Shown: piece by piece, positions 24,310 to 32,000 of the stretch
Layout of the letters: the number at the start of each line of letters is the position of its first letter
How positions within the stretch are numbered: position 1 is the stretch's first letter
DNA from: Propionibacterium freudenreichii subsp. freudenreichii
Lineage (GTDB): Bacteria; Actinomycetota; Actinomycetes; Propionibacteriales; Propionibacteriaceae
Assembly: GCF_000940845.1 (NCBI RefSeq)
Contig: NZ_CP010341.1
Span: forward strand, 2,610,001-2,642,000
Direction of reading: 5' to 3'
DNA length: 32,000 nt
Made by a program: the position numbers and the translations under genes
The notes under the pieces: generated by a model
Databases searched by the model: none
Seen by the model: only the letters and a program-made list of their open reading frames with translations
Told to the model about the DNA's origin: nothing

Positions 24310-26388
24310 ATGATGAGCGCCGAGAGCCAGCCGGAGCTGCCCGGCGCACGCCCCTATCCGCGCAATCTCATCGCGGGCGACCTCGTGGCCAATCGCTATC
24401 AGCTGGAGGCCCAGCTCAACCAGTGGGACGCCGGCGTCACCTGGCGGGCGATCGACCGCACCCTGTCGCGTCGCGTGGTGGTGCACCTGTTCAACCCCCA
24501 CTCGCCCGAGACGGCCCGCGCCCTGGAGGCCGCCCGACGCGCGGCCGTGGCAGTGGACTCCCGCTTCGTGCGCGTCCTCGACGCCATGGACGGCGACCAG
24601 CCCTTCATCGTCACCGAATTCGCCACCGGCATCACGCTGCGTTCGCTGCTCGCCCACGGCCCGGTGACGGCCCTCGAATCGGCCCATATCGTGCGCGAAC
24701 TTGCCGACGCCCTGGCCCCCATGCACGCCGAGGGCCTGTTCCACCGTCGCCTCAATCCCGACACCGTGGTGGTCACCCGCACCGGCAATGTGAAGATCAT
24801 GGGCTTCCTGCTCGAGGCGGCCCTGGCCGGCGCCACGATCTCGTCGTCCGACAACTGGGCGCGCCAGGAGGCCGAGGACGTCCGGGCGCTCGGCAAGGTC
24901 CTGTATGCGTGCCTGGTGGCGCGCTGGCCGATCGACCCGTCCCTGGCCCAGACCAGCCAGTGGGGGCTGCCCGCCGCCCCGATGAGCGCGCCCGGCCCCG
25001 ACGGACCGCACTGGGCGCCGCCGACCAGCGTCGACCCACGCGTGCCGCCCACGGTCAACGCCATCTGCATCCAGTCCTTCGACCCCCGCCCCGATTCGGT
25101 GCCGCTGCGCACCGCCGACGAGATCGTCATCGCGCTGGGCCGCGTGCTCGGCACCGCGGAGGCCGACGAGGTGCTGGGACGACGCATCCGCGCCCTGCCC
25201 GCCGACGAGGCCGGCGAGAACGCCCACATCGGCCTGCATGCCCCCGGCATCGACGAGCTCCCGCAGCGCGCCGCCACTCCCGACGACGACGGACCGGCCA
25301 CCCAACGCATGCCTCCCGTTAGGGGCCACGACGATCCGAACTGGCCCGGCGGCGACGACCCCAACTGGCCCTTCGGGGCCGACGACAGCTCTCCACTGGG
25401 CACGACCGATACCGGCACGCGCACCCCCCTGACCGGGGCCCAGGCGGAGGCAGCGGGCTCAGCAGCGCCGCGGCCGCCGGCACCGGTGGGCGCCGGTTCC
25501 GCCGTGCCGGTGGGGACGGTCCAGACCTTCATCACCGCCCTGCCCGAGCCCGGAGACGGCGGCGCCCCTCACCCCGACCACCGGGATCTCGACCGCAGGG
25601 ATCTCGACCACAGGCATTCAGACCTCCGGGATTTCGATCCCGACCGCACCGATCCGCGGTTGCGGCGCCTGCGGCAGTCCGACGCCGACGCCTTCGACGA
25701 TGACGACGATCCCGATGACGACCTCACCATCGACGTCAGCGGCAAGCTGGTGGGCCCGCTGCCCGACCGCGACGCCGAACCCCGGCGCCTGGCCACTGAT
25801 GCGCGCGCCTATCGACTGGCGCGCTGGCTGATACCGCTGGGCGTGGTGCTGATGCTGGTGATCGCGCTCACCGGCATGGTGCGCTCCTGCCAGGCCACCA
25901 GTGCCGCGAAGTCCGCCCAGGCGAAGGTGGTTGCCCCGGCCTCGGTGGTCGAGTTCGATCCCACCGCCGATGGCGGCGAGGCCGCCGAGTCGCCCAGCGA
26001 GGTGGCCCTGGCCACCGACGGCTACCCGTCCACTGCTTGGCACACCCAGGAGTACGGCGGCAGCGCAGCATTCGGCGGAGTCAAGCCCGGCAGCGGCCTG
26101 CTACTCGACCTCGGCCGCGCCCACGAGCTGTCGTCGGTGACCCTGACGTTGATCGGCGCGCCAACCGGCGTCCAACTGCTCGTGCCCCACGACGACGCGA
26201 ACCCCTCGATGTCCACGGTGAAGGACTGGACCGTGGCCAGCCGTGCCGACGCCGCCGGCCAGAGCGTCACGCTGACGCCTGACAAGGCCACCAGTACCCG
26301 TCACCTCGTGGTCTACCTCACCTCGCTGCCGCAGCTCACCAACGGGCGCTATCAGGGCGCGATTGCCGAGATCTCGGTGAATTCCTGA
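24310..26388 (+). CDS. Stand-alone MviN-type pseudokinase: degenerate Ser/Thr-kinase fold, Pro/acidic linker, one TM helix, extracytoplasmic beta-sandwich (carbohydrate-binding-like) domain
   Basis: The kinase-like N-terminus has degraded motifs. There is no Gly-rich loop (LNQWDAGVTW), the beta3 Lys is replaced (RRVVVHLF), HRD is HRR (FHRRLNPDT), and DFG is MGF. The TM helix is WLIPLGVVLMLVIALTGMV. The C-terminal domain is ...ATDGYPSTAWHTQEY......GLLLDLG....LSSVTLTL...PTGVQLLV.... This mirrors the C-terminal two-thirds of M. tuberculosis MviN (Rv3910). Confidence 0.85.
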   Translation: MMSAESQPELPGARPYPRNLIAGDLVANRYQLEAQLNQWDAGVTWRAIDRTLSRRVVVHLFNPHSPETARALEAARRAAVAVDSRFVRVLDAMDGDQPFIVTEFATGITLRSLLAHGPVTALESAHIVRELADALAPMHAEGLFHRRLNPDTVVVTRTGNVKIMGFLLEAALAGATISSSDNWARQEAEDVRALGKVLYACLVARWPIDPSLAQTSQWGLPAAPMSAPGPDGPHWAPPTSVDPRVPPTVNAICIQSFDPRPDSVPLRTADEIVIALGRVLGTAEADEVLGRRIRALPADEAGENAHIGLHAPGIDELPQRAATPDDDGPATQRMPPVRGHDDPNWPGGDDPNWPFGADDSSPLGTTDTGTRTPLTGAQAEAAGSAAPRPPAPVGAGSAVPVGTVQTFITALPEPGDGGAPHPDHRDLDRRDLDHRHSDLRDFDPDRTDPRLRRLRQSDADAFDDDDDPDDDLTIDVSGKLVGPLPDRDAEPRRLATDARAYRLARWLIPLGVVLMLVIALTGMVRSCQATSAAKSAQAKVVAPASVVEFDPTADGGEAAESPSEVALATDGYPSTAWHTQEYGGSAAFGGVKPGSGLLLDLGRAHELSSVTLTLIGAPTGVQLLVPHDDANPSMSTVKDWTVASRADAAGQSVTLTPDKATSTRHLVVYLTSLPQLTNGRYQGAIAEISVNS

Positions 26389-26463
26389 GCCCGTCACCGC
26401 AGCGTTGGCGCCCCGTCACCCCGCAGTTGGCCGTTCGTGGTGCGCCCCTGAGACAATGGCCCG

Positions 26464-27183
26464 ATGAAGCTGCTTCTCATTCGTCATGGCCAGTCCGCAA
26501 ACAACGCACTCAGCGGATCAAACCACCCGGTGAGCAGCCAATATCCCGATCCCACGTTGACCGACCTGGGCCGTCAACAGGCCGAGACGCTGGCGCATGC
26601 CTTCACCGACGGGCTGCTGCCGCGTCCCAGTGTGTTGCTCAGCTCCCCGATGACCCGCGCCGTGCAGACGGCCTCTCCGCTTGCCGACGAGCTCGACATG
26701 CCGATCGAGTTGGAGACGCAGGCCCACGAGGTGGGTGGCATCTTCCAGAGCGTGCAGGGCGAGCCCGGTAGCTTCCAGGGGGCGTCGCGCGCGGAGCTGG
26801 CTGACATCAGTGACCGGCTGATCTTCAACGAGGACATCCACGACGAGGGTTGGTACCGCCTCGGATCGCATGTGGAGACCCCGGCCGAGGGGCAGGGACG
26901 CGGCAAGCGCCTCTATCGCTCGATCCTGGAGCGGTACGGCAACCAGGACGGCGTGGTCGCGCTGGTCTGCCACGAGTGGATCACCAACTATGTGCTGCGT
27001 GCCGCGCTCGGCCTGTCCGATCCCGAGGGCGAGCCCGATCCGTGGTTCTCGCTGCCGAACACCTCGAGCACCTTCATCCAGACCGGCCTTCCGTTGCCCG
27101 GCCCCTACGAGGGTGGCGGCACCGCGATGATCTGGTGGGTCGGCCGCTTCGACCACCTTCCGGACGAGCAAGTGAGCCGCTGA
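26464..27183 (+). CDS. Histidine phosphatase family protein (phosphoglycerate-mutase-like)
   Basis: N-terminal catalytic motif LLLIRHGQSANN, a later conserved His (LVCHEW), and 239 aa in length. Confidence 0.9.
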   Translation: MKLLLIRHGQSANNALSGSNHPVSSQYPDPTLTDLGRQQAETLAHAFTDGLLPRPSVLLSSPMTRAVQTASPLADELDMPIELETQAHEVGGIFQSVQGEPGSFQGASRAELADISDRLIFNEDIHDEGWYRLGSHVETPAEGQGRGKRLYRSILERYGNQDGVVALVCHEWITNYVLRAALGLSDPEGEPDPWFSLPNTSSTFIQTGLPLPGPYEGGGTAMIWWVGRFDHLPDEQVSR

Positions 27184-27311
27184 CAAGGGATGATGCCCGC
27201 AGGGCCCGCGACACTCCATGAGTCTCGGGATGAGTCTCGGGGGCCCCGGCGTCCCTGCACGGGTTCCTGATTCCCGCGGGCCATGCCCGTCGGGGGTTGG
27301 GGCCGCAGGCC

Positions 27312-28631
27312 TCAGGCGCCGCGGCTCAGCGAGTCCGAGACCACCTTCGCCAGGTTGCCCACGGTCATGTCCGACGACTGCTGCCCACGGATCGCCGCCA
27401 TCAGCTGGCCCTCGATCACCGGCTCCAGATCGAGCCAGGCCGGGCAGCCGCCCAGCGAGGCGGTGGCGTACCTCACATTCGCCAGCCCGGCGCTCATCAC
27501 GCGGTTGCCGGCCAGCTGCGACCCGGCGATCACGTCGGAGCGCGGGGGCACCGCCGGCAGCATGCTCACCGCCGACAACAGCGGCTGGGACTGCAGGGCG
27601 TACTGGCAGAACTGGAAGGCCACTTCCTTGAACTGCGACTGGCGGCTGACGGCCAGCTGGGTGCCGGTCTGCAGCACCACGGGGTCCTTGGACGCCTGGT
27701 CGGGGGGCAGCGGGAAGAAGCCCAGGTGGCCCTCGTCGTCCAGGTGTGAGCGCCGCAGCGCCGGCCACAGGGTCGACGACATCGGCGACATGGCCGTCTT
27801 CTGCTGGATGAACAGGGGCTGGGCGCCATCGGTGGGGATCTTCGCCGGGTCGGCCGTGCCGTCCTTGACCAGGCCGATGATGTAGTCGAGCGCCTTCACC
27901 CCGGTGCCGTCGTTGAACGCCAGGCCGCCCTTGGGCGTGAACAGCGAGCCGCCGTAGCTGCCCACCAGCATCGCCCACAGGTGCACCACGCCCGCCCCGA
28001 AGACGTCGAAGCCACCATGGTCGGGGGCATTGAGCTGCTTGGCCATCTCGCGCAGCTCGTCGAGCGTGCGCGGAGGGGCGCTGATGCCGGCGTCGGCCAG
28101 CACATCGGTGCGGTAGCCGATCACGGTCAGGTCGAGTGCATAGGGCAGCGCGAACAGCTTGTCGCCCCAATAGCACCCGGTCATCAGGCGTTGGTCCAGG
28201 TTGAGGCCGTCGGTGATGTCGGCAGGCATCTCGGCCAGCGCATTCTGCCGTTCCAGCACGGGCACCCAGCCCTGGCCGGGCATGAGCACATCGGCCAGCT
28301 TGCCGGCAGCCAGTGAGGTGATCACCTTGTCGGGCAGCTTGTCCAGGCTCGTATAGGTGGCCGCAAGCGAATAGCCGGTGCCGGCGAAGAAGCCGGTGAG
28401 CATGTTGTTGGCGTAGGAGTCCTGGCTCGCCTGGTCCTGGTAGAGCGCCGACAGCATGTTGAGCCGTCCGCTGCCGTGGCTCTTGGCGTCCTGCCAGGTG
28501 GGCGTCGGCGACGGCGTACAGGCCGACGACAGGGTCGAGCTGGAACTGCTCTTCCCGCCACAGGCGCTCAGCGTTGCCGCAGCGGCGGCCGCACCGGCCC
28601 AGGCCAGCAGTCCCCGTCGCTGTAGGCGCAC
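27312..28631 (-). CDS. ABC transporter sugar/solute-binding lipoprotein (family 1), with no cognate permease genes adjacent
   Basis: Tat/lipoprotein signal MRLQRRGLLAWAGAAAAAATLSAC followed by a Ser-rich linker. At 439 aa it has the typical family-1 extracellular solute-binding protein pattern. Confidence 0.88.
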   Translation of the reverse strand: MRLQRRGLLAWAGAAAAAATLSACGGKSSSSSTLSSACTPSPTPTWQDAKSHGSGRLNMLSALYQDQASQDSYANNMLTGFFAGTGYSLAATYTSLDKLPDKVITSLAAGKLADVLMPGQGWVPVLERQNALAEMPADITDGLNLDQRLMTGCYWGDKLFALPYALDLTVIGYRTDVLADAGISAPPRTLDELREMAKQLNAPDHGGFDVFGAGVVHLWAMLVGSYGGSLFTPKGGLAFNDGTGVKALDYIIGLVKDGTADPAKIPTDGAQPLFIQQKTAMSPMSSTLWPALRRSHLDDEGHLGFFPLPPDQASKDPVVLQTGTQLAVSRQSQFKEVAFQFCQYALQSQPLLSAVSMLPAVPPRSDVIAGSQLAGNRVMSAGLANVRYATASLGGCPAWLDLEPVIEGQLMAAIRGQQSSDMTVGNLAKVVSDSLSRGA

Positions 28632-28879
28632 GACGCCCCCCTCATTCGATGATCAGTGGCCGGTTCGCGGGTGTCCCACGCGTGGCCTCGGCAGGCCGAT
28701 GCCATGGCGACGCCGGCCCGCGTCACGACTTTATCCGGCCCGCGGCATCGGCGCTCCCCGCTGGCGTCCGTGTCGATGGCGCACCGGGTGGCGGACGGCG
28801 CAGGCCCACAGCGACGGCGCGGCATGCCGGTGCATCGCTACCGCTCTGCGGGGCGGTCCAGCGCGGCGGGGCAGGGTCG

Positions 28880-28905
28880 GGAATTGTGGCGCCCGCAATA
28901 GAGTT
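28880..28905 (+). promoter_or_regulatory. SigH/SigR-type ECF promoter (GGAAT-N18-GTT) upstream of trxB
   Basis: GGAAT (28880-28884), exactly 18 nt, then GTT (28903-28905), about 145 nt upstream of the trxB ATG. This is the consensus for the thiol-oxidative-stress sigma factors whose regulon classically includes trxBA. Confidence 0.5.
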
Positions 28906-29049
28906 GAGGAAGGTGTGGTCCCTCCACTTGGGGGTGCGGGGCATGACCGCCGGGTGTGCACCCGGGCGCGATGCCGTACCCTACAGATTGTGGTGCGCCA
29001 CGTTTCATTCAACTAGAGCTTGTGGTTTTGCTCAAGGAGAAGGGGAAGC

Positions 29050-30027
29050 ATGAACGACGAGATTCGCGATGTCATCATCGTGGGTTCAGGCCCGGCCGGC
29101 TACACGGCCGCGATCTACACCGGACGCGCCGGCATGCGACCGATTGTGCTCGAGGGTTCGGTCACCGCAGGCGGTGCGTTGATGACCACCACCGAGGTGG
29201 AGAACTACCCCGGATTCCCTGATGGCGTGCTGGGTCCTGTGCTGATGAGCGATATGCGCGCCCAGGCCGAGAAGTTCGACGCCGAGTTGATCGCCGATGA
29301 CGCCACCAAGATCGAACTGGGCGGCGACATCAAGAAGGTCACCGACTCCGAGGGCAATGTGTACCGCGCCCGCGCGGTCATCCTGGCCATGGGCTCGGCC
29401 TATCGTCATCTCAACCTGCCCGAGGAGGAGGAGTTCTCCGGACGCGGCGTCAGCTGGTGCGCCACCTGTGACGGGTTCTTCTTCCGCGGCAAGGAGATTG
29501 CCGTGGTCGGTGGTGGCGATTCCGCCATCGAAGAGGCAACCTTCCTCACCCGCTTTGCGGACAAGGTGACGCTGATCCATCGTCGCGACGCATTCCGCGC
29601 CAGCAACATCATGGCCAAGCGCGCCTTCGACAACCCGAAGATCGAGATCGCCTGGAACTCCGAGGTAGTGGGCATGAAGGGCGACGGCACGCTCAACGCA
29701 CTGCGCCTGCGCGACACGCAGACCGGCGAGGAACGTGAGTTGGCGGTGGCCGGCCTGTTCGAGGCCATCGGCAATGTGCCGCGCTCCGAACTCGTCAAGG
29801 GCCAGGTAGAGCTCAATCCCGACGGCTATGTGAAGGTTGCCGGCGACTCGACGCTCACCGACGCACCCGGCGTCTTCGCCTGTGGCGACCTGGTCGACCA
29901 TGTGTACCAGCAGGCCATCACGGCTGCCGGCACCGGTTGCCGCGCCGCACTGGACGCCGAGCACTACCTGAGCGCCCTGATGGACGAGAACAGCGATCAG
30001 GCGACGGAGGCACTTGCCAACGCCTGA
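29050..30027 (+). CDS. trxB: Thioredoxin-disulfide reductase
   Basis: ORF 29020..30027 trimmed to the ATG at 29050, which has AAGGAGAAGGGGA upstream. Motifs: FAD site [16 protein letters not shown], redox centre [15 protein letters not shown] site [12 protein letters not shown]. Confidence 0.95.
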   Translation: MNDEIRDVIIVGSGPAGYTAAIYTGRAGMRPIVLEGSVTAGGALMTTTEVENYPGFPDGVLGPVLMSDMRAQAEKFDAELIADDATKIELGGDIKKVTDSEGNVYRARAVILAMGSAYRHLNLPEEEEFSGRGVSWCATCDGFFFRGKEIAVVGGGDSAIEEATFLTRFADKVTLIHRRDAFRASNIMAKRAFDNPKIEIAWNSEVVGMKGDGTLNALRLRDTQTGEERELAVAGLFEAIGNVPRSELVKGQVELNPDGYVKVAGDSTLTDAPGVFACGDLVDHVYQQAITAAGTGCRAALDAEHYLSALMDENSDQATEALANA

Positions 30028-30200
30028 CCTCCCTGCGGACCAACCCGGCCCCGGACGGCCGGAGTATCCGCTCCACAAGCCATAACGGCCCTGCGGTCCA
30101 CTCCGTACACGGGGTGGATCCGCGGGACCCGTGCGACGGCCCCGAGGGGCCACAGACAACGGCTCCCAACCGGGCCACCAGACAACAACAAGGGGTAACC

Positions 30201-30524
30201 ATGGCACAGCCCAAGGACGTCACTGACGCCACATTTTCCGACGAGGTGCTCAAGGCCGACAAGCCCACCGTCGTTGACTACTGGGCGGATTGGTGCGGGC
30301 CCTGCAAGCAGCTCAGCCCGATTCTCGACCAACTCGCCGAGGAGTACGGCGACAAGATCAACTTCGTGAAGGTCGACGCCGACGCGAACACCAAGGTCGC
30401 CACCGACCAGGGGATCCTGGGCCTGCCGACCGTGCAGATCTACCAGAACGGCGAAGTGGTCAAGCAGTTCCAGGGCGGCAGGCCCAAGAGCGTGATCGTC
30501 AAGATGCTGCAGGAGTTCGTGTGA
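30201..30524 (+). CDS. trxA: Thioredoxin
   Basis: 107 aa with the active site DYWADWCGPCK. The ATG at 30201 has AAGGGG upstream. Confidence 0.95.
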   Translation: MAQPKDVTDATFSDEVLKADKPTVVDYWADWCGPCKQLSPILDQLAEEYGDKINFVKVDADANTKVATDQGILGLPTVQIYQNGEVVKQFQGGRPKSVIVKMLQEFV

Positions 30525-30970
30525 TGTCCGGCGAGCAGACGAAGACCTCCCGGGTGGGTGTGAACCTGAAGCGCGTGAGCCCCGTGCACTACGAGGTCAC
30601 CAATGGCAGGGGATCCACCATCAGCGTGGGACATGGCGATGACGTGTTCAGCCCCGTCGAGCTGCTGTTGGCAGCCGTCGGTGCCTGCTCGTCGATCGAC
30701 GTCGACGTGGTCACCACGCGACGTGCCGACCCGGAGAAGTTCGATGTGAGCATCGCCGGCGACGTGGAGAAGGGCCCCGAGGGGAACCGGGTCAAGGACG
30801 TTGACCTCAACTTCTCGCTGAGCTTCCCCGACACCGACGAGGGACGCACCGCGCAGAGCCTGGTGGCCCGGCTGGTGAAGCTGAGCCACGACAAGGACTG
30901 CACCGTGGGACGCACCGTGATGCTGCCCACCGAACTGCACAGTGCTGTTGATGGTGAGGTTGTCGCCTGA
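30524..30970 (+). CDS. OsmC/Ohr family protein (peroxiredoxin-like)
   Basis: 148 aa. The two conserved Cys contexts are ELLLAAVGACSS and LSHDKDCTV. Its start overlaps the trxA stop as TGATG. Confidence 0.88.
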   Translation: MSGEQTKTSRVGVNLKRVSPVHYEVTNGRGSTISVGHGDDVFSPVELLLAAVGACSSIDVDVVTTRRADPEKFDVSIAGDVEKGPEGNRVKDVDLNFSLSFPDTDEGRTAQSLVARLVKLSHDKDCTVGRTVMLPTELHSAVDGEVVA

Positions 30971-30997
30971 GGCGACCAACCAAGACAACCAGATGGT

Positions 30998-31031
30998 GAG
31001 GGCCCGATCGGAGAAATCCGGTCGGGCCCTC
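30998..31031 (+). terminator. Terminator-like hairpin after the trxB-trxA-osmC unit
   Basis: A 10-bp perfect stem, GAGGGCCCGA with TCGGGCCCTC, and a 14-nt loop, starting 28 nt after the osmC-like stop. Confidence 0.65.
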
Positions 31032-31037
31032 ACTGTG

Positions 31038-31135
31038 TTGAAGTGCCCGCCTTGAAGTCACTGCCTTGAGGTCACTGTGTGGAAGTCACCATGTTGAAGT
31101 CACTGCGTAGAAGTGACTGTGTTGAAGTCTCCTGG
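31038..31135. repeat. Tandem array, 7 x 14 bp (consensus TTGAAGTCACTGNG)
   Basis: Units start at 31038, 31052, 31066, 31080, 31094, 31108 and 31122, an exact 14-bp register. The central units are best conserved. The array lies in the convergent intergenic region between the osmC-like gene and parB. Confidence 0.88.
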
Positions 31136-31320
31136 CACCCGTCGCACGTCGAGCGCCCCCGCGCCGCCCCGATCGTTCGAATCAGGCTTTGCGGAGCCCG
31201 GATTCCGGCCGGATCACACGGGTGCTATTCCGCTCAGAATCCGTTGGGCACAAGATGGGGTTTCGTCCTCCCCAGCGCCCTTATGGGGTGCGCCAGTGGG
31301 GAGTAAGGATCACTTTCCAA

Positions 31321-32000
31321 CTATTTTGTGTGTCCATGTGGAGGAATCAAGAAATCCCAGGGATCTGCCTGATTTGAGGGGCGTGGGGCGGCCCCAGAAC
31401 CGGCCGAAACGCCCTTCAACATCTCGACGATCCGCTGCAGGTCATCCTCGCCGGCGAAGTCGATGGTGATGCGACCCTTCTTGCGTCCCATGTTCACCTT
31501 CACCCGGGTGTCGAACCGGTCGGACAGGGACGTGGCGAGTTGCTCGGCGCGTGGGTCGTGTTCCTTCGGACGCGCGATCCGCTGCCTGGGCTTCTCGTCC
31601 CCACCCAGGGCAACGATCTCCTCGGTGGCCCGCACGGAGAGGCCCTCGGCCACGATGCGCTGCGCCAGGCGCTCCTGGGCCAGCGGATCATCCAGGGCGA
31701 GCAATGCCCGGGCGTGGCCCGCAGACAACACCGCGGCGGCAACACGGCGTTGAACGGTGACCGGCAACTTGAGCAACCGGATGGTATTGGAGATGTGCGG
31801 ACGCGACCGCTTGAGGCGTCGCGCAAGCTCGTCCTGGGTGATGCCGAAGTCACCCATCAACTGCTCGTAGGCGGCCGCCTCCTCCAGGGGATTCAGCTGG
31901 ACGCGGTGCAAGTTCTCGAGCAACGCATCGGTGAGCATCGATTCGTCATCGGTGGCGCGGACGATCGCCGGAATCTGCGCGATGCCGGCCTCCTGGTGGG
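31321..32000 (-). CDS. parB: Chromosome partitioning protein ParB (5' end beyond the window)
   Basis: ...[46 protein letters not shown]...[26 protein letters not shown]...[10 protein letters not shown]. This covers the ParB box, the HTH and the C-terminal dimerisation region. The frame stays open to position 32000. Confidence 0.93.
   Translation of the reverse strand, partial: HQEAGIAQIPAIVRATDDESMLTDALLENLHRVQLNPLEEAAAYEQLMGDFGITQDELARRLKRSRPHISNTIRLLKLPVTVQRRVAAAVLSAGHARALLALDDPLAQERLAQRIVAEGLSVRATEEIVALGGDEKPRQRIARPKEHDPRAEQLATSLSDRFDTRVKVNMGRKKGRITIDFAGEDDLQRIVEMLKGVSAGSGAAPRPSNQADPWDFLIPPHGHTK

Noticed and set aside
23987-24313. 108-aa His/Pro/Gly-rich ORF whose TGA overlaps the ATG of the pseudokinase gene as ATGA.
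   Set aside because: It has a non-ATG start, low-complexity composition and weaker third-position GC bias than real genes here. It is largely made of the structured repeat DNA. The overlap is probably coincidental, but Ribo-seq could revisit this.
31079-31306. 75-aa ORF spanning the 14-bp repeat array.
   Set aside because: A 14-bp period cannot be maintained in one reading frame. There is no RBS, and it lies in a convergent terminator region.
30971-32000. Search for a canonical parS (TGTTTCACGTGAAACA) in or near parB, and for CACGTG-centred half-sites elsewhere (for example 10488, 20065).
   Set aside because: There is no match better than a single half-site. parS may lie in the unseen 5' part of parB or beyond the window.

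Overview
High-G+C, actinobacterial-type chromosomal window with the conserved origin-proximal layout: cca, an Rv3909/DUF6049-like protein, an MviN-type pseudokinase, trxB-trxA, and parB running off the right edge. About 26 protein-coding genes are supported. Left to right they are: two small membrane proteins in a lower-GC left edge, class I FBP aldolase, YceI, citrate synthase, a YghZ-type aldo-keto reductase, DUF1345, a small membrane protein in a low-GC islet, a divergent MMPL/TetR pair, an NAD(P)-binding SDR, a DoxX-like protein, a four-gene BtuFCD-like ABC operon ending in a 2Fe-2S ferredoxin-domain protein, MscS with a long disordered tail, the CCA-adding enzyme, a DHA2 MFS pump, the DUF6049-like protein, the stand-alone pseudokinase, a histidine phosphatase, an orphan sugar-binding lipoprotein, trxB-trxA-osmC and parB. 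I saw no rRNA, tRNA, transposase, integrase, CRISPR array or recognisable defence genes, and no clear novel multi-gene system. The main non-coding calls are a cobalamin riboswitch (minus strand, about 15940-16105) in front of the ABC operon, whose binding-protein gene appears frameshifted in its signal peptide, a SigH/SigR-type GGAAT-N18-GTT promoter upstream of trxB, and several strong terminator palindromes. The least explained signals are non-coding. They include three intergenic tandem arrays: 4 x ~35 bp overlapping the gltA stop, 6 x 16 bp directly upstream of the DUF6049-like start, and 7 x 14 bp next to parB. There is also a pair of diverged 42-bp structured repeats in the 512-bp gap where murJ would be expected. 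All family assignments come from motif reading by eye, with no database search.
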